From: a virus
IMG/VR virus record: IMGVR_UViG_3300021368_000003
Span: 1-64,000 of that record
DNA: 64,000 nucleotides
Strand: one strand, 5' to 3'
The translations under genes and the position numbers were made by a program. Each line of letters starts with the position of its first letter. Position 1 is the stretch's first letter. The notes beneath the pieces are model-generated. The model saw only the letters and a program-made list of their open reading frames with translations, was not told where the DNA came from and searched no databases. Shown here one piece after another: positions 45,701-57,200 of this stretch.

Positions 45701-48700
45701 GTGCTGATCTCAGAGTTACCGTCAACAGCAAGTTTCAGGTTGTTAGCAGTAATATCATCAGACGTGATTGGAGCAGTGAAGGTAGAAGTTGCTCTAACAG
45801 TCAAACTGTCAGTGGAACTGGAACCAAGAGTTGCGTTATCAGAAACAGTCAGGTCATCACTAACGCCCAGGTCACCAGTGACTTGAACATTATTGATAGA
45901 AGAATCAAGTACCAGAGATCCACCATCTGCAATAATACTTCTATTACTAATAGAGATATTATCGATAGTGGCAGTACCGTTCATGTCAACGGCATTCGGG
46001 AATGTAACCGTACCGTTGATAGTATGAGCATCAGTTGAGGCATTACCAAGAGTGACATTACCGTCTACATCCAGAGTTCCATCAATCTGAGCATTCCATC
46101 TACATTCAGGTTGCCATCCACATCAGCATCATCAGTGATGTTAACAGTACCACCAGCAGAGTCGAGGACGAGGTTGCCAGTAGTGGTGCTGATTTCGTTA
46201 GATGCATCTACACCAATCTGAACTGCATCAGCAGTGATGTCTGTTGATGTGATTGCAGCATTGAATGTGGATGTAGCATTGACTGTCAGAGCATCAGCAG
46301 CGTTATCACCAAGAGTGGTGCTACCGTCAACTTCCAGTGCTTGCTTAATTTCAAGACTGTCATCAATAATAGTTTGACCAGTGGCGGAATCCAGAATCAG
46401 ATTACCTTGTGTGGTATCAATCTCATTAGCACCAGATACACCGATCTGAATGTTGTCAGCGGTGATATCAACCGAGGTAATCGCTGCCGTGAAAGTTGAC
46501 GTTGCGTTCACAGTTAACGTATCACTGGAAGCATCACCCAGAGTTGTGTTACCATCCACCGTGAGGTTGAGATCAATCTCAGCACTGTCTGTGATACTTA
46601 CATATCCTGCCGCAGAATCAAGGATTAGCGGTCCTTCTGTGGTTGAGATTTCCGATACACCGTCAACGCCGATCTTAATGGCGTCTGCCGTGATGTCGGT
46701 GGAAGTAATCGCTTGGTTGAATGTGACAGTACCCGTGACGCTGTGAGCATCCCCAGCAGCATTACCGATAGTCGTGTTGCCATCAACTGTGAGCGTTCCA
46801 TCAATCTGTGTATTGCCATCAACATTGAGGTTACCGTCTACGTCAGCATTATCTGTGATGTTGACAGTACCGCCTGTTGAATCCAGGATTAAGTTACCAG
46901 CAAGAGTGCCGATTTCATTTGCAGCATCAGTACCGATTTTCAGGTTACGAATGTTTGCTCTCTCGCCAACAGTCAGTGCCTGGTTGAACTGAACAGTACC
47001 AGTAACTGTGTGAGAGTCGGAAGCAGCATTACCAAGAGTGACGTTACCGTCAACTTGGAGAGTTCCTTCTGCATAGGTATTACCAGACGAAGCGGCAACA
47101 GTAAACTTACCGCTGTTGATATCAAAGTTATTGGTTACGTCGAGGGTTCCAGTAATGTCAACATTACCACCGAAGGAACCAGCATCGCCTACAACCAGGT
47201 CGTCTCCAACATAGAGATCGATACCAATACCAGCGCCACCACCAACGATCAGTGCGCCAGTGCCAGCATTAGTTGCGTTTGTGCTATCAAAGAGTTTGAT
47301 GCTACCAGCATCAATACCAGATCTCGTACCATTGAATGCCTCAGCAGAGTTGGTTGCATTGTGGAAGAAAGCATAACGAGATGCAGTAGAATCCCAACCA
47401 AAGAAACCAAGTCTTGCTTGTGAATCGTAATATCTAAACTCAACACCACGGTCCTTAGCGTCAGCACTGGAAGGGGCAGTGTCGCCACCCAGAGTAATGA
47501 CAGGATCGTCCAGCGTAGTAACAGTAGAGTTCACCGTTGACGTAGTGCCGTTGACAGTGAGGTTTCCCTCAATGATGGCATTACCGTCTACGTCAAAGTT
47601 ACCATTAACAGTAACGTTATCAGTGAATGTAGATACACTGTTAACAGTAAGAGTATCGGTGTTTGCATTACCGATAGTTACGTTGTCAGTAAAACTAGAA
47701 GGATTATTAAAGGTGCTAGCACCATGAACAGTCAAAGTACCAGTTCCCTGACCAGTTCTACCAATTACAGTATTACCGTTATCAAAGTCAACAGAGAACT
47801 GAGTTACAGAAGAACCGTTGTTGATATTAAAGACTTCATTATCGCTCTCAATAATCAGAGAGTCATAGATAGTTGTCTGACCATCGACAACCAAAGTGCT
47901 ATTGAAGTCAACAGCACCGTCAACATTAAGACTACTGTCAAAGTCAACAGACTGATTGACTGTAAGGTTATCTGTGAGAGTAGTATCAGAGTTAATAGTG
48001 AGGGTATCACTAGCAGCGTTACCCAGAGTAATGTTTCCATCGACTTGTAATGAAGATTCAAGGACGACTGCGCCGCCTACGTCAAGAGTACCACGGATGT
48101 CCGTAGAACCAGTGGTGGATTGGACAGTAAATTTATCAGCACTACCATTGGTAATCTTGAAGATCTTACCAGTGGTGTCCAGAGTAATGTCGTTATGGAA
48201 GACAGCATCGTCATCCACATCAAGGGTGCTATTAAGGGTGACAGCACCATCAACATCCAGAGTGGTGTTAAAGTCAACAGCACCGTGAACAGTCAGTGTG
48301 CCAGTTCCAGCATTGTTAAGACCAATAACAGTATTACCATTATCAGAGTCAACAGTGAATCTATTGATGCTGCTACCGTCTCTGACTCTGAATGCATGGT
48401 TAGCACCAAAGACCAGCAGGTTGCCGTCAATAGAGGTGTCGTGACCAACGTCAAGAGACCAACCAATAGTGGTAGCACCTAAGACAGAATCGACAGTGAA
48501 CTTATCCGTTCCATATTGGTTTTGGATCTTGAAGTCATATCCATTAGCACCACCAATGCTACCGTCATCTCTCAGAATGAAGTTCTTATTAACTAGAACG
48601 TCATTATTGAATGTAGTTGTACCATCAACGTTGAGGTTTTCTGAGATGCCAACACCACCAGTGACTACCAGGGTGCCAGTTGTGGAAGATGTGGATCCTG

Positions 48701-50696
48701 TGTTTGTTGTGAGCCTGAGGTTACCAGCAATGAGAGGAGCGTCAGTGCCAGCATAAACTTCATTCGTGTTGGTGGCATTGTAGAGGAAGCGATACCCGCC
48801 AGTGCCAGACCATATGTTGCTGTTTGCGTAATCTTCATCCCAACCAAAGAAACCAAATCTCTCTTGACTATCATAGTATCTGAACTCGATACCACGATCT
48901 TTATTGTCATCAAGTGTTAGAGTATCCTCACCTCCAAGAGTGATGATGGGATCTTGGATAGTCGTCGTGACACTGTTAACAGTAGTAGTTGTACCATCAA
49001 CTTGCAGGTCACCACGGATCTGTACCAGACCAGTTACGTCGTCATCATCATTAGGATCCAACACCATTGTAGCGTTGGTGGTGGACAGAACATTGTCTTG
49101 GAAGTGGTAGTCCTCCACGTTCACTCTGCTGTCTACATGAGTAGCAGAGATAGTAATATCATTTTCAGCAGTAATGTTGATGAGCGCATCACCACCGCCA
49201 GCGTTAGTGGCATTGATCAGCAGAGTGCGGTCAGCAGCATTGTTTTGAGTGTGCTGGAACGTCAGGTTGCCGTCGCCAGTCTTATCCAGTTTCTGAGTAA
49301 CTGTTCCATCAAGAGTAATATCAGGATCACTGAAATAGGAACGGACGTTGACATCAATCTCACCAGCGCCACTGTCCCCTGTATTGTTAGCGCCAAACAG
49401 AAGATTACCGCTCGTATCATTAACTTTAACGTAGTTAAGATAATTGAATCCTCGGTATCCAGTGGTTGCAGTAAGCTCTTGATCAAGTTCAAAATTCTCA
49501 ACGGTGTTACCGTCAGCGAAACCAATACGATTGTTTTGCAGTTGCAGGTTATCAACACCACGTTCTGCAATCTTTACATAACCACCTTGGATGCTGTTAG
49601 CAGAATCCCATGCCGTTACATCAAAGTCTTCTTGGGAGAAGGATGCAAGACCCTTCTGAGGAGTCAGAGCAGATCCGAGATATCTCCAAGATCCTGTATC
49701 ACTGGTGTCTGTGTGTGTCGGTTCACCGCCGCCAGCGTTAATAGGAAGGATAGCCTCATACAGGCGATCATTCGAGTTCTTGACCTTATCATATCGAACG
49801 TATGCAGTAGCATTATCATAAACAGGTGCCAGAGTACCCTCTCTTGCAGTAGAGATAGGTGCAGTCTGGGCATAGGTCAAACGACCATATCTGTCAACAG
49901 TAAACTCAGTAGTGTTGACAGTCTGGTGAATAGAACCAGATTCAGCAACAGAAGTTTCTGGTTGATCCAGAGATACAGAACCAGTCGGGTTGTAAGAACC
50001 AACCACAACAGGAGTATCAGCAAGACCGATCAGAGGGTTTGCTGCTTGTGCATTACCATTAGAGACGACCAACTGACCAGGTTGACCTGTAATGTTTCTG
50101 GTAACAAGAGTACCAGCACCACTACGTGCAATGAGACCAATAGTTGTGAGACCTGCCAGTGCTGTCAGTTCGGGGTCAACGATCTGAGCGTCAGTAATAC
50201 CATACCCTGCCAACGTAGTTGGGTTAGAACCCGTGACCACACGACCACGAGAGTCAATGGTCAACTGTGTGTAGACACCAGTAGCGGATAGGTTCTCTGA
50301 ATCATAGTGAGGCAGACCAGGTTGATAGTTCAGTTCTGCCGTGATGTTAATGTTGGCGGAACCATCAAACTGAGCAGAACCTGACATGTCACCCGTCAGG
50401 GTGAAAGATCTAGCGTTAGCAAGTCTAGTTGCCGTTGCGGCGTTACCGATAAGAGAAGCAGTAATGGCACCTGCCTCAAAGTTACCGTCAGCGTCACGCT
50501 TGACAAGAGTATCAGCAGTATTACTTTCTGTTTCTAGTGGTCGCTCATATTTCAATGAGTTCCATGGCGTCACGCCATCGCCGATTTTCAGACGCGAGGT
50601 ATCTAGTTCGATACCAAGTTCGCCTTGGGCAAGGATTGGATTGACGTTCGCCCACTGCTGTGCGCCGTCACGTCTTAGTTGGATTCTATTTGCCAT
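42760..50696 (-). CDS. Long tail fibre (~2645 aa) split into two ORFs by a 1-nt frameshift near 46094
   Basis: N-terminal RIQLRRD....W...NP.L..GE.G...KIGDG anchor; long Gly/Thr/Asp/Val repeats; adding one base at 46094-46095 joins 46065-50696 to 42760-45984. Confidence 0.88.
42925..43055 (-). repeat. Tandem 42-bp coding repeat (LFSGAYADLTGKPT)
   Basis: Two identical peptide copies plus one diverged copy. Confidence 0.8.
43250..44280 (-). repeat. Degenerate coding repeat (DTDDL.EG.TNLYYT..RADAR) in the tail fibre
   Basis: About nine copies visible in the 1074-aa translation. Confidence 0.85.
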
Positions 50697-50735
50697 TGCT
50701 TATTAAACGCTAGCAGGGTCAGGTGTCTCTTTGTT

Positions 50736-50743
50736 TATTTATA
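50736..50743 (-). promoter_or_regulatory. Late promoter TATAAATA (tail fibre)
   Basis: Exact T4 late consensus just downstream of a terminator. Confidence 0.85.
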
Positions 50744-50746
50744 GCC

Positions 50747-50775
50747 AAAACAAAAGAGGACCCGAAGGTCCTCTT
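50747..50775 (-). terminator. Intrinsic terminator with UUCG tetraloop
   Basis: Minus strand AAGAGGACC-TTCG-GGTCCTCTT-TTGTTTT. Confidence 0.9.
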
Positions 50776-50779
50776 ACGT

Positions 50780-51004
50780 TCATTCTTCGGTTGTTTCTTC
50801 TTCGGTTTCTGCTACTCCCTCTGGTGTATGGGGATAGAGATAATCGAGAGTTTCGATTGCTCCGAGAAGTTTAAGTGCGGTTGTTTCGTTTTCCTTGATC
50901 TTGTTAGCGAGTTCCTTATTCTGGTTCAGCAGATCTTGGTAACGAGTCTTAAAACCATTAAGCAGTTCCGATGGGGACTGCTGTTCAGTAACATCAGCGG
51001 TCAT
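50780..51004 (-). CDS. Small coiled-coil protein
   Basis: Heptad pattern, LKL.GAIE.L. Confidence 0.75.
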   Translation of the reverse strand: MTADVTEQQSPSELLNGFKTRYQDLLNQNKELANKIKENETTALKLLGAIETLDYLYPHTPEGVAETEEETTEE

Positions 51005-51249
51005 TTGTTCTCCTTGATAAAGTCAATCAGTAATTTTTTAATGTCTGACACATCAGATTTTAGGTCATTTACCTCATCTTGTAAAGTGGTAAACTCCTGC
51101 TTCTTACGCTGTCTTTCATTATACGACTGCATGTATTTAGCATATTCATCTTGGTCCTTATACACGATAGCATTTGATTGCATATCACGATAGAACCCTT
51201 TGTTTTCATCCCCTTCGACGGGGATGAATTTCTTACCATTAAAGGTCAT
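51001..51249 (-). CDS. Small coiled-coil protein
   Basis: PVEG....YRD..S.AI...LKSD...IK.LL; coupled to the large structural gene. Confidence 0.75.
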   Translation of the reverse strand: MTFNGKKFIPVEGDENKGFYRDMQSNAIVYKDQDEYAKYMQSYNERQRKKQEFTTLQDEVNDLKSDVSDIKKLLIDFIKENK

Positions 51250-54200
51250 GATGCGAAGGCAATAGCACGAAGGTCTTTGATCAGTGGTACTTTCGCTTGA
51301 CTCTTAGACTTCATCACAATCTTGATTTGGAATGCTTGGAATTCCTCACCTTCAACTGTGTATTCAAAGTCTTCCCACTCTTCCTCACCAACGTTAGTAG
51401 ATCCAACATCAGGCACAGGAATCTTAATGAAACCACTCTCTTGAATGGGTTTATCAGAACCTGGTTTTCTAATACGATAGTATACATCGATATTAGAATC
51501 ACCGTAACGTTGCATGGAGATCATCAAACGAATAGATCTAGAAACGTTTGCCAGTTGTGCAACCTTAGTCAGATAAACTGCATCGTTCTGATCACCCGAA
51601 TTCAACAATGACACATCGGAAGTAGTATCGATCTCAGATTGGAGACCCAATACTTGTGGTCCACCTGGCCATTCATTGATACGGTTGGAAGTTGTGATGA
51701 CAGACACACGGTCGAGGTCAATCACAGGAGAAAGGTTTTCTTTCTCAGTAGTCATGCTGATTCTAAGAGTCAGAGACTTGGAACCTTCCAGTTTGTTTGC
51801 TTCGTTGATATCAGAGGCAATAATACGAGGATTGTCGTAGTAGTTCTCTTCGTTCAACTGAATCTCATCATAGGTGCCGTTGTTTACAAACGATGCTTGG
51901 TCAACGATTTGACCACCATTACCGATGGAAGTACCAGAAGTAGTATTCAGAGTTGGCGACACATCAGTCTCTTTGAATTGCAGAATCTGGATCGTAGGAG
52001 TGATGAGTTCAAACGGAATGTTCTGCGAAGCAGAAACGTTTGGACCGCCACCTACAATACCGACACTAGCAACAGACTGTGTGGGGAGTGAATAAGTATC
52101 CAGAGTAGGATCACCAATACCAGTGTGGATCTTGTTGATCTCTGTCAGAGGAATACCATCAAGATTATAGCATTGAACTTCTGTTTCTGCATCCCAACTG
52201 AGAGCAGCACCAGTATTCATAACATCGGAAGTGATACCACGTCCAGATGGAGCAACAGTGATTTCCTTACCGTTATCAGAGATAGCAGAGTAAGCGATGA
52301 TTTCTTTACGTTGAATAACGTGTCTGATACAACGCCATGCCTCAGTAGCATCATCATCACCGCCAGGAGGAGTCGGAGGTCTGAGACCAGTTGCTCTTGA
52401 ATCTTCACCAACCAGCATCAGATATCCAGGGTTGGTGGTACTGATGGGTTTACCGTTGATAACTTTATGGAAGGATCCAGCATTAGCAACAGAAAGTGTA
52501 GTTGCAGTAGACGACAAGTTAGAAGTAAGGGTAGTTGATCCGACTTCGGATTCGACATTCGTAATCTCTACGTTGTTGGATCTGTTGTGCATACCATGAT
52601 TAGGATGCATAACAACAACTTTCTTGTCTACGGTTCTCAGTGACGGTTGGGAAACAGGATACCCAGTATACGAGTCACCACCGTACGTAGCAGAACTGAT
52701 AGTGCCAGAAACACCACCAGGCTCAGACAGAGTGTCGTTAGCGGTATCGAACTGTTTATCAACATAATTTGCAGTAATTGTAGATGTACCTGAGTTGTAG
52801 TCTGTAACAACAGCAGTTGCACCAGACGAAGAACCAGTAATTACATCACCTGCTTCAAATGTACCATTGTTCACCGTGGACATTACCAAAGTCACAGTGG
52901 ACTGAGAAGATTTCAGACCATTAGTAATTGCACCCTGGTTATCAACGATACCTTGTACAAAGGTGCCAGTGATATCGGTTACAGTTAGTTTCTGTGGGTT
53001 GGAAACGGAATCAAATTCCAGCACAGTTGCCTGAGCATTGGAGGGAGTTTGAATGATACGCGCACCAACAGTAAAGTTGTATGAGGTGCCAGTGACAAGA
53101 GTAAGTTCTTGCTTAGGTTGAATCGTACTAACTGGGTTATTGATCAGTGATGCAAGACCGTCGTTACCACGTCCAAGTTGTGCGTTGTTGAACACAGCAC
53201 TACCAGTGACAGTGGTATCAAACTTCGCTCTATACAGATTGAACTTCAAGTCTTCATACTGGTCAGCGGTCCACGTAGATGCGTTCTGTGATTTGAAGAG
53301 CACACCAGCGTAAGGCTGTTCAGAGATCGTTCTTGTACCAGTGATATCGATGTCACCCATACGTGAGATCCAGACCTTGTATTCGTTAGAGTCAGAGAAC
53401 AGCACGAAGCAATGTTCTTCGGACTCAGGAATATACACAGGTGCAGGGAACTCAAATCTTGTTGCAATCGATGCGTTCTCAGAGATTTCAACCTGAGAAG
53501 GAATCAGAGTACAGTCAGAGAAAGGAAGGATGTCCTTAGTAGGATAACCATTTTCCATCGGACGGATCTGCATCGAGATGGGGATCTTCTGGTCCTTAGT
53601 AGCGAAGAAGATATCAACGCCAGTTACAAACGAACCACCAACTGCTTCAAGCAGGAAGGACTGTGCGAGAGGGTCCCACCAACCAACCTGTCTAGTGTTA
53701 GTACGAACAGAACGAACGGTTCTTCTATCTCTAACAGTATCACGAACGATACGAGCGTTACGAACAGCGAGGATGTTTTCCTGAACAGTATTCAGAGTAC
53801 CTCTTGCGCTGTATTCTGCCTCAGCAGCAGAGTCAACTGCACCTGGCAGTCTGCTGTCAGAGTCAGAAGAAGTAAGACGCATCACGCGAGTACCAGTTGC
53901 CCAACGTGGGTTGGAGTTTCTTCTGGGGTTAGGAATGAAGAACGTACCCTTAACGATACCCAACAGGTCAGAGATCAAACGACGATCTTTAACGACTGCA
54001 CGAGCACCAGAGGTTCTACCGACCAGGACTTCACCAACTGCAACGTTGCCGTATGCAGTGCCCTGTGTTTGGGCTGCCATCTCATTGGTATCAATGTTCA
54101 GAACAGCAGTCTGCGATGCATAAGAATCGGGCAGAGTATCGTTGGTAGCGGTATATGAGTTAGTAGTCAGACCATCATTAGGTGCAACAACTTTCAGACG

Positions 54201-57200
54201 ACAACCAGAGTTCAGACCAATAACAGTTTCACCAATCACAAACGGAGTCTCATTGGTTGAAGGATCCTCAGAGGAGTTCTTAACCAGTTCGATCAACTTA
54301 GGAGTGATGTACTGCATCACATTGTCACCGTCGAAGAATGCATACATTCTGGTCTTCGGCTTGATACGTTCCACATCGAAGGCGACGTTTCTGGAACGGA
54401 TCCATGGGATAAATGTACTATCGATCACGCTATCACCCAGTGAGCGTCTATCCACTCTGGGCACAACTCTAATACGAGTACCAGATCTTACCTGACGACG
54501 TGTGGTAACAGTAGTCGTAGACGCCATAATACGTCTCGGTACACCACGACGGAAGGAGGTTTCTCTCCAAGCACGACCGTTAGTTCTTCTAGTACCAGTC
54601 CAAGCAGTTCTCCAAGCACGCCACTGAACAGGAGCAAAACCTCTGTTGTTAGTTCTAAATCTACGACGAGTTGCTTGGAAGTTACCTTCAATGCTAGTTA
54701 CACGAGCAGGAACACGACGAGTGTCAACCCAGTCATCCGATGCAGGAAGAAGGTCAATACGACCAATGAAAGTAAACACGTTGAATGGGTTCACGTTTTC
54801 CATACGAGAAGCGTATGGCTGAACGATCACTGCCTCTTCAACGAATGGCAGAGTCAAAATGTTTGAACCATTCTTACCTCTACGAAGTTGTCTACCACCA
54901 TGCCAGACGATATTAGTCGAAGCAGTTCTGTTATATCTCAGTGAGATATTCTGGGTATAGTGAGAAGGACGCAGAACACCCTCAGTGAAGTCTAGCGAAC
55001 ACTTGTAGTCATCATCATCGGTTGCTGATGTTGAGTGGTCGGTGAAGTCATCCACCATGAAACCATTCTTCAATCTGTCGAATCCATCACCATCATATGC
55101 TTTGACGTTTCTAGCATCTGCTTCCAGCAGAGACAGAGAAGTGTAGTATTCAAGAGACTGCAAGCGGCGGTCCATGTTACCGATGTCTTCCATCGTATAA
55201 CGACGCTGCTGGTGCAGTGTAATCAGAATGTCTTCTTCAACATCATACACATATGGTTCGTACTGGATCTTCGCCAGCAACATAGCGTTATCGATGTTGT
55301 CTGCTTCTGGGGGATCTTCATTAGGAACACCCATAGACAGTTTCAGATCACCATCATGCGTCATGAACAGTTTGTCCTGACGTGGCAGATAGTATTCGTA
55401 GTCTGCTCTGAATTGTTCTTCTACCTTAGGAAGGTTAAAGATGGTCGAACCACCAGCACCACCAGTGCTAGTAAAGACACGAGAATCGAAGTCAAGTGAC
55501 TTACAGTTGGTGTAATAAGGTTGCTCAACAGTACCAGAACCAGAAGCAAGTTCACCAACAGCAGGACGGAAGTCGATAGCGTCGGTCAGATCCTTACTGT
55601 TACGTTCGGTACGATACTTAGGAATCTCAGAGAAGTTGATACCAGTATAAGACTGGTTGGAGAAGTAATCACCTGATGCTTCATGAATGAAGTAGTCAAA
55701 TACAACTGCCAACTTACGCTTGGGTTCAGATGTACCTGCCTTACGGATCAGTTTAGACACACCATAGAAGAAGGGTGTGATGTTGGGTTCCAGTTCAAAG
55801 TTACCAGTGATGTCCTTAGAACCTCTCTCAACAGAACCATCACCGTCTTCAATAACAGCAACGAGTTTGTTCAGTTCGTCATCGAAACCATCAATAGTTT
55901 CACCAGTCTGGAATGTTTCAGCACTCAGGCTTACAATATAAAGTCTGTTGTTATTAGAGTTAAATGATACAACACGACCCCTGGCGTTAGAAGTTCTACC
56001 CACAACAACAGAACCGTTGTCGAAATATACGTTCTCTGTCAGCACCACATAGGGGACTTGTGCGTCTTGCTCATCAGTAGATTCGTATACAGCATGAATC
56101 TTGTATACATCATTCAGTGCAAATGAGATCTCCTCGTCTTCAATACGAGTACCATACAGGTTACCGAAAGCAAGACCATAGTTCAGAACGTCATTCTGAT
56201 TTCTGGTACGAATCACTTTCATCGTACGCATCTTCGCCGCAGTCTTAATCTTCTTAGATACCGTGTTCACAGACACAGCAGCAGTAAGAGTTACTCGGGA
56301 GATGTTAGAAGTACCACCAGAACCATTGTTGATACCAGTGATTTGAAGGGACTGTCTGTTAGCACCGAAACTTACAGAGATAGTAGGGTTCTGTTTCTCA
56401 GACTCCTCTTCGATATCAAGAACAGTACCAGGACTCCAACCATATCCTGTATGGGTGTTAGAACCAGTCTCAATAGCGAGGATATAGTTCTCACCATCAA
56501 GGGTAGTAAACTGTTCGTTCTCAGGTAGTGTGAAGGACACGTCACCAGAAGACAACTGCTTGTTAGCAAATGTTCTGATAGAGATGAACGATTCATCACT
56601 GATTGCTTTAATTGCCTTCTTAGGCATGTCAATCGCCAACTCACCATCTCTGGTGTTCTTCTGAGTGAAGACAGGACGTAGACGGGTGAACTGAGTGGCG
56701 TTGTATTCTTGGTTGGCAATGTTACCACCATTCTTAATCAACGAGTTATCCAGTTTTGCCACCTGCAAACCGAAGTCAAATACAGGGGTAGTACCAGAAG
56801 ACTTTCTATTCAGTGCAGTAAAGGCAATGTTAGTTCCATCGACTCTTCTTACACGAAGTGAAGTGGAACCTTTGTTGTCAGTGGCGACGGGTGAGATAAC
56901 ATCACCTGGGCGCAAGTCAGCGGCAAACGCAGTATCGAAACCAGTAACATCATTCGCCTTATCAACAGTAATAGTTTTACCAGTAAGAGCAATAGACTCA
57001 TTCAGTGCCAAAGAAGCAGTGAAGATGATGGTGCTACCAGTTGGAGTATCATATCCAACCATCTGACGGATATCAGACTGCTCGTAAGAGAACACAGCGG
57101 AGCAAGTATCCAGAACACGACCGTCTCTTTCGATAACCTCACCAACTTGGAACTGACCAGATACCTGGTGCAGCATTGCATAGTCGGCAGCAGCAGAGTG

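Noticed and set aside
46065-50696. Diversity-generating retroelement target (Mtd-like N-terminus) or programmed frameshift
   Set aside because: No reverse transcriptase, template/variable repeat pair or slippery sequence seen
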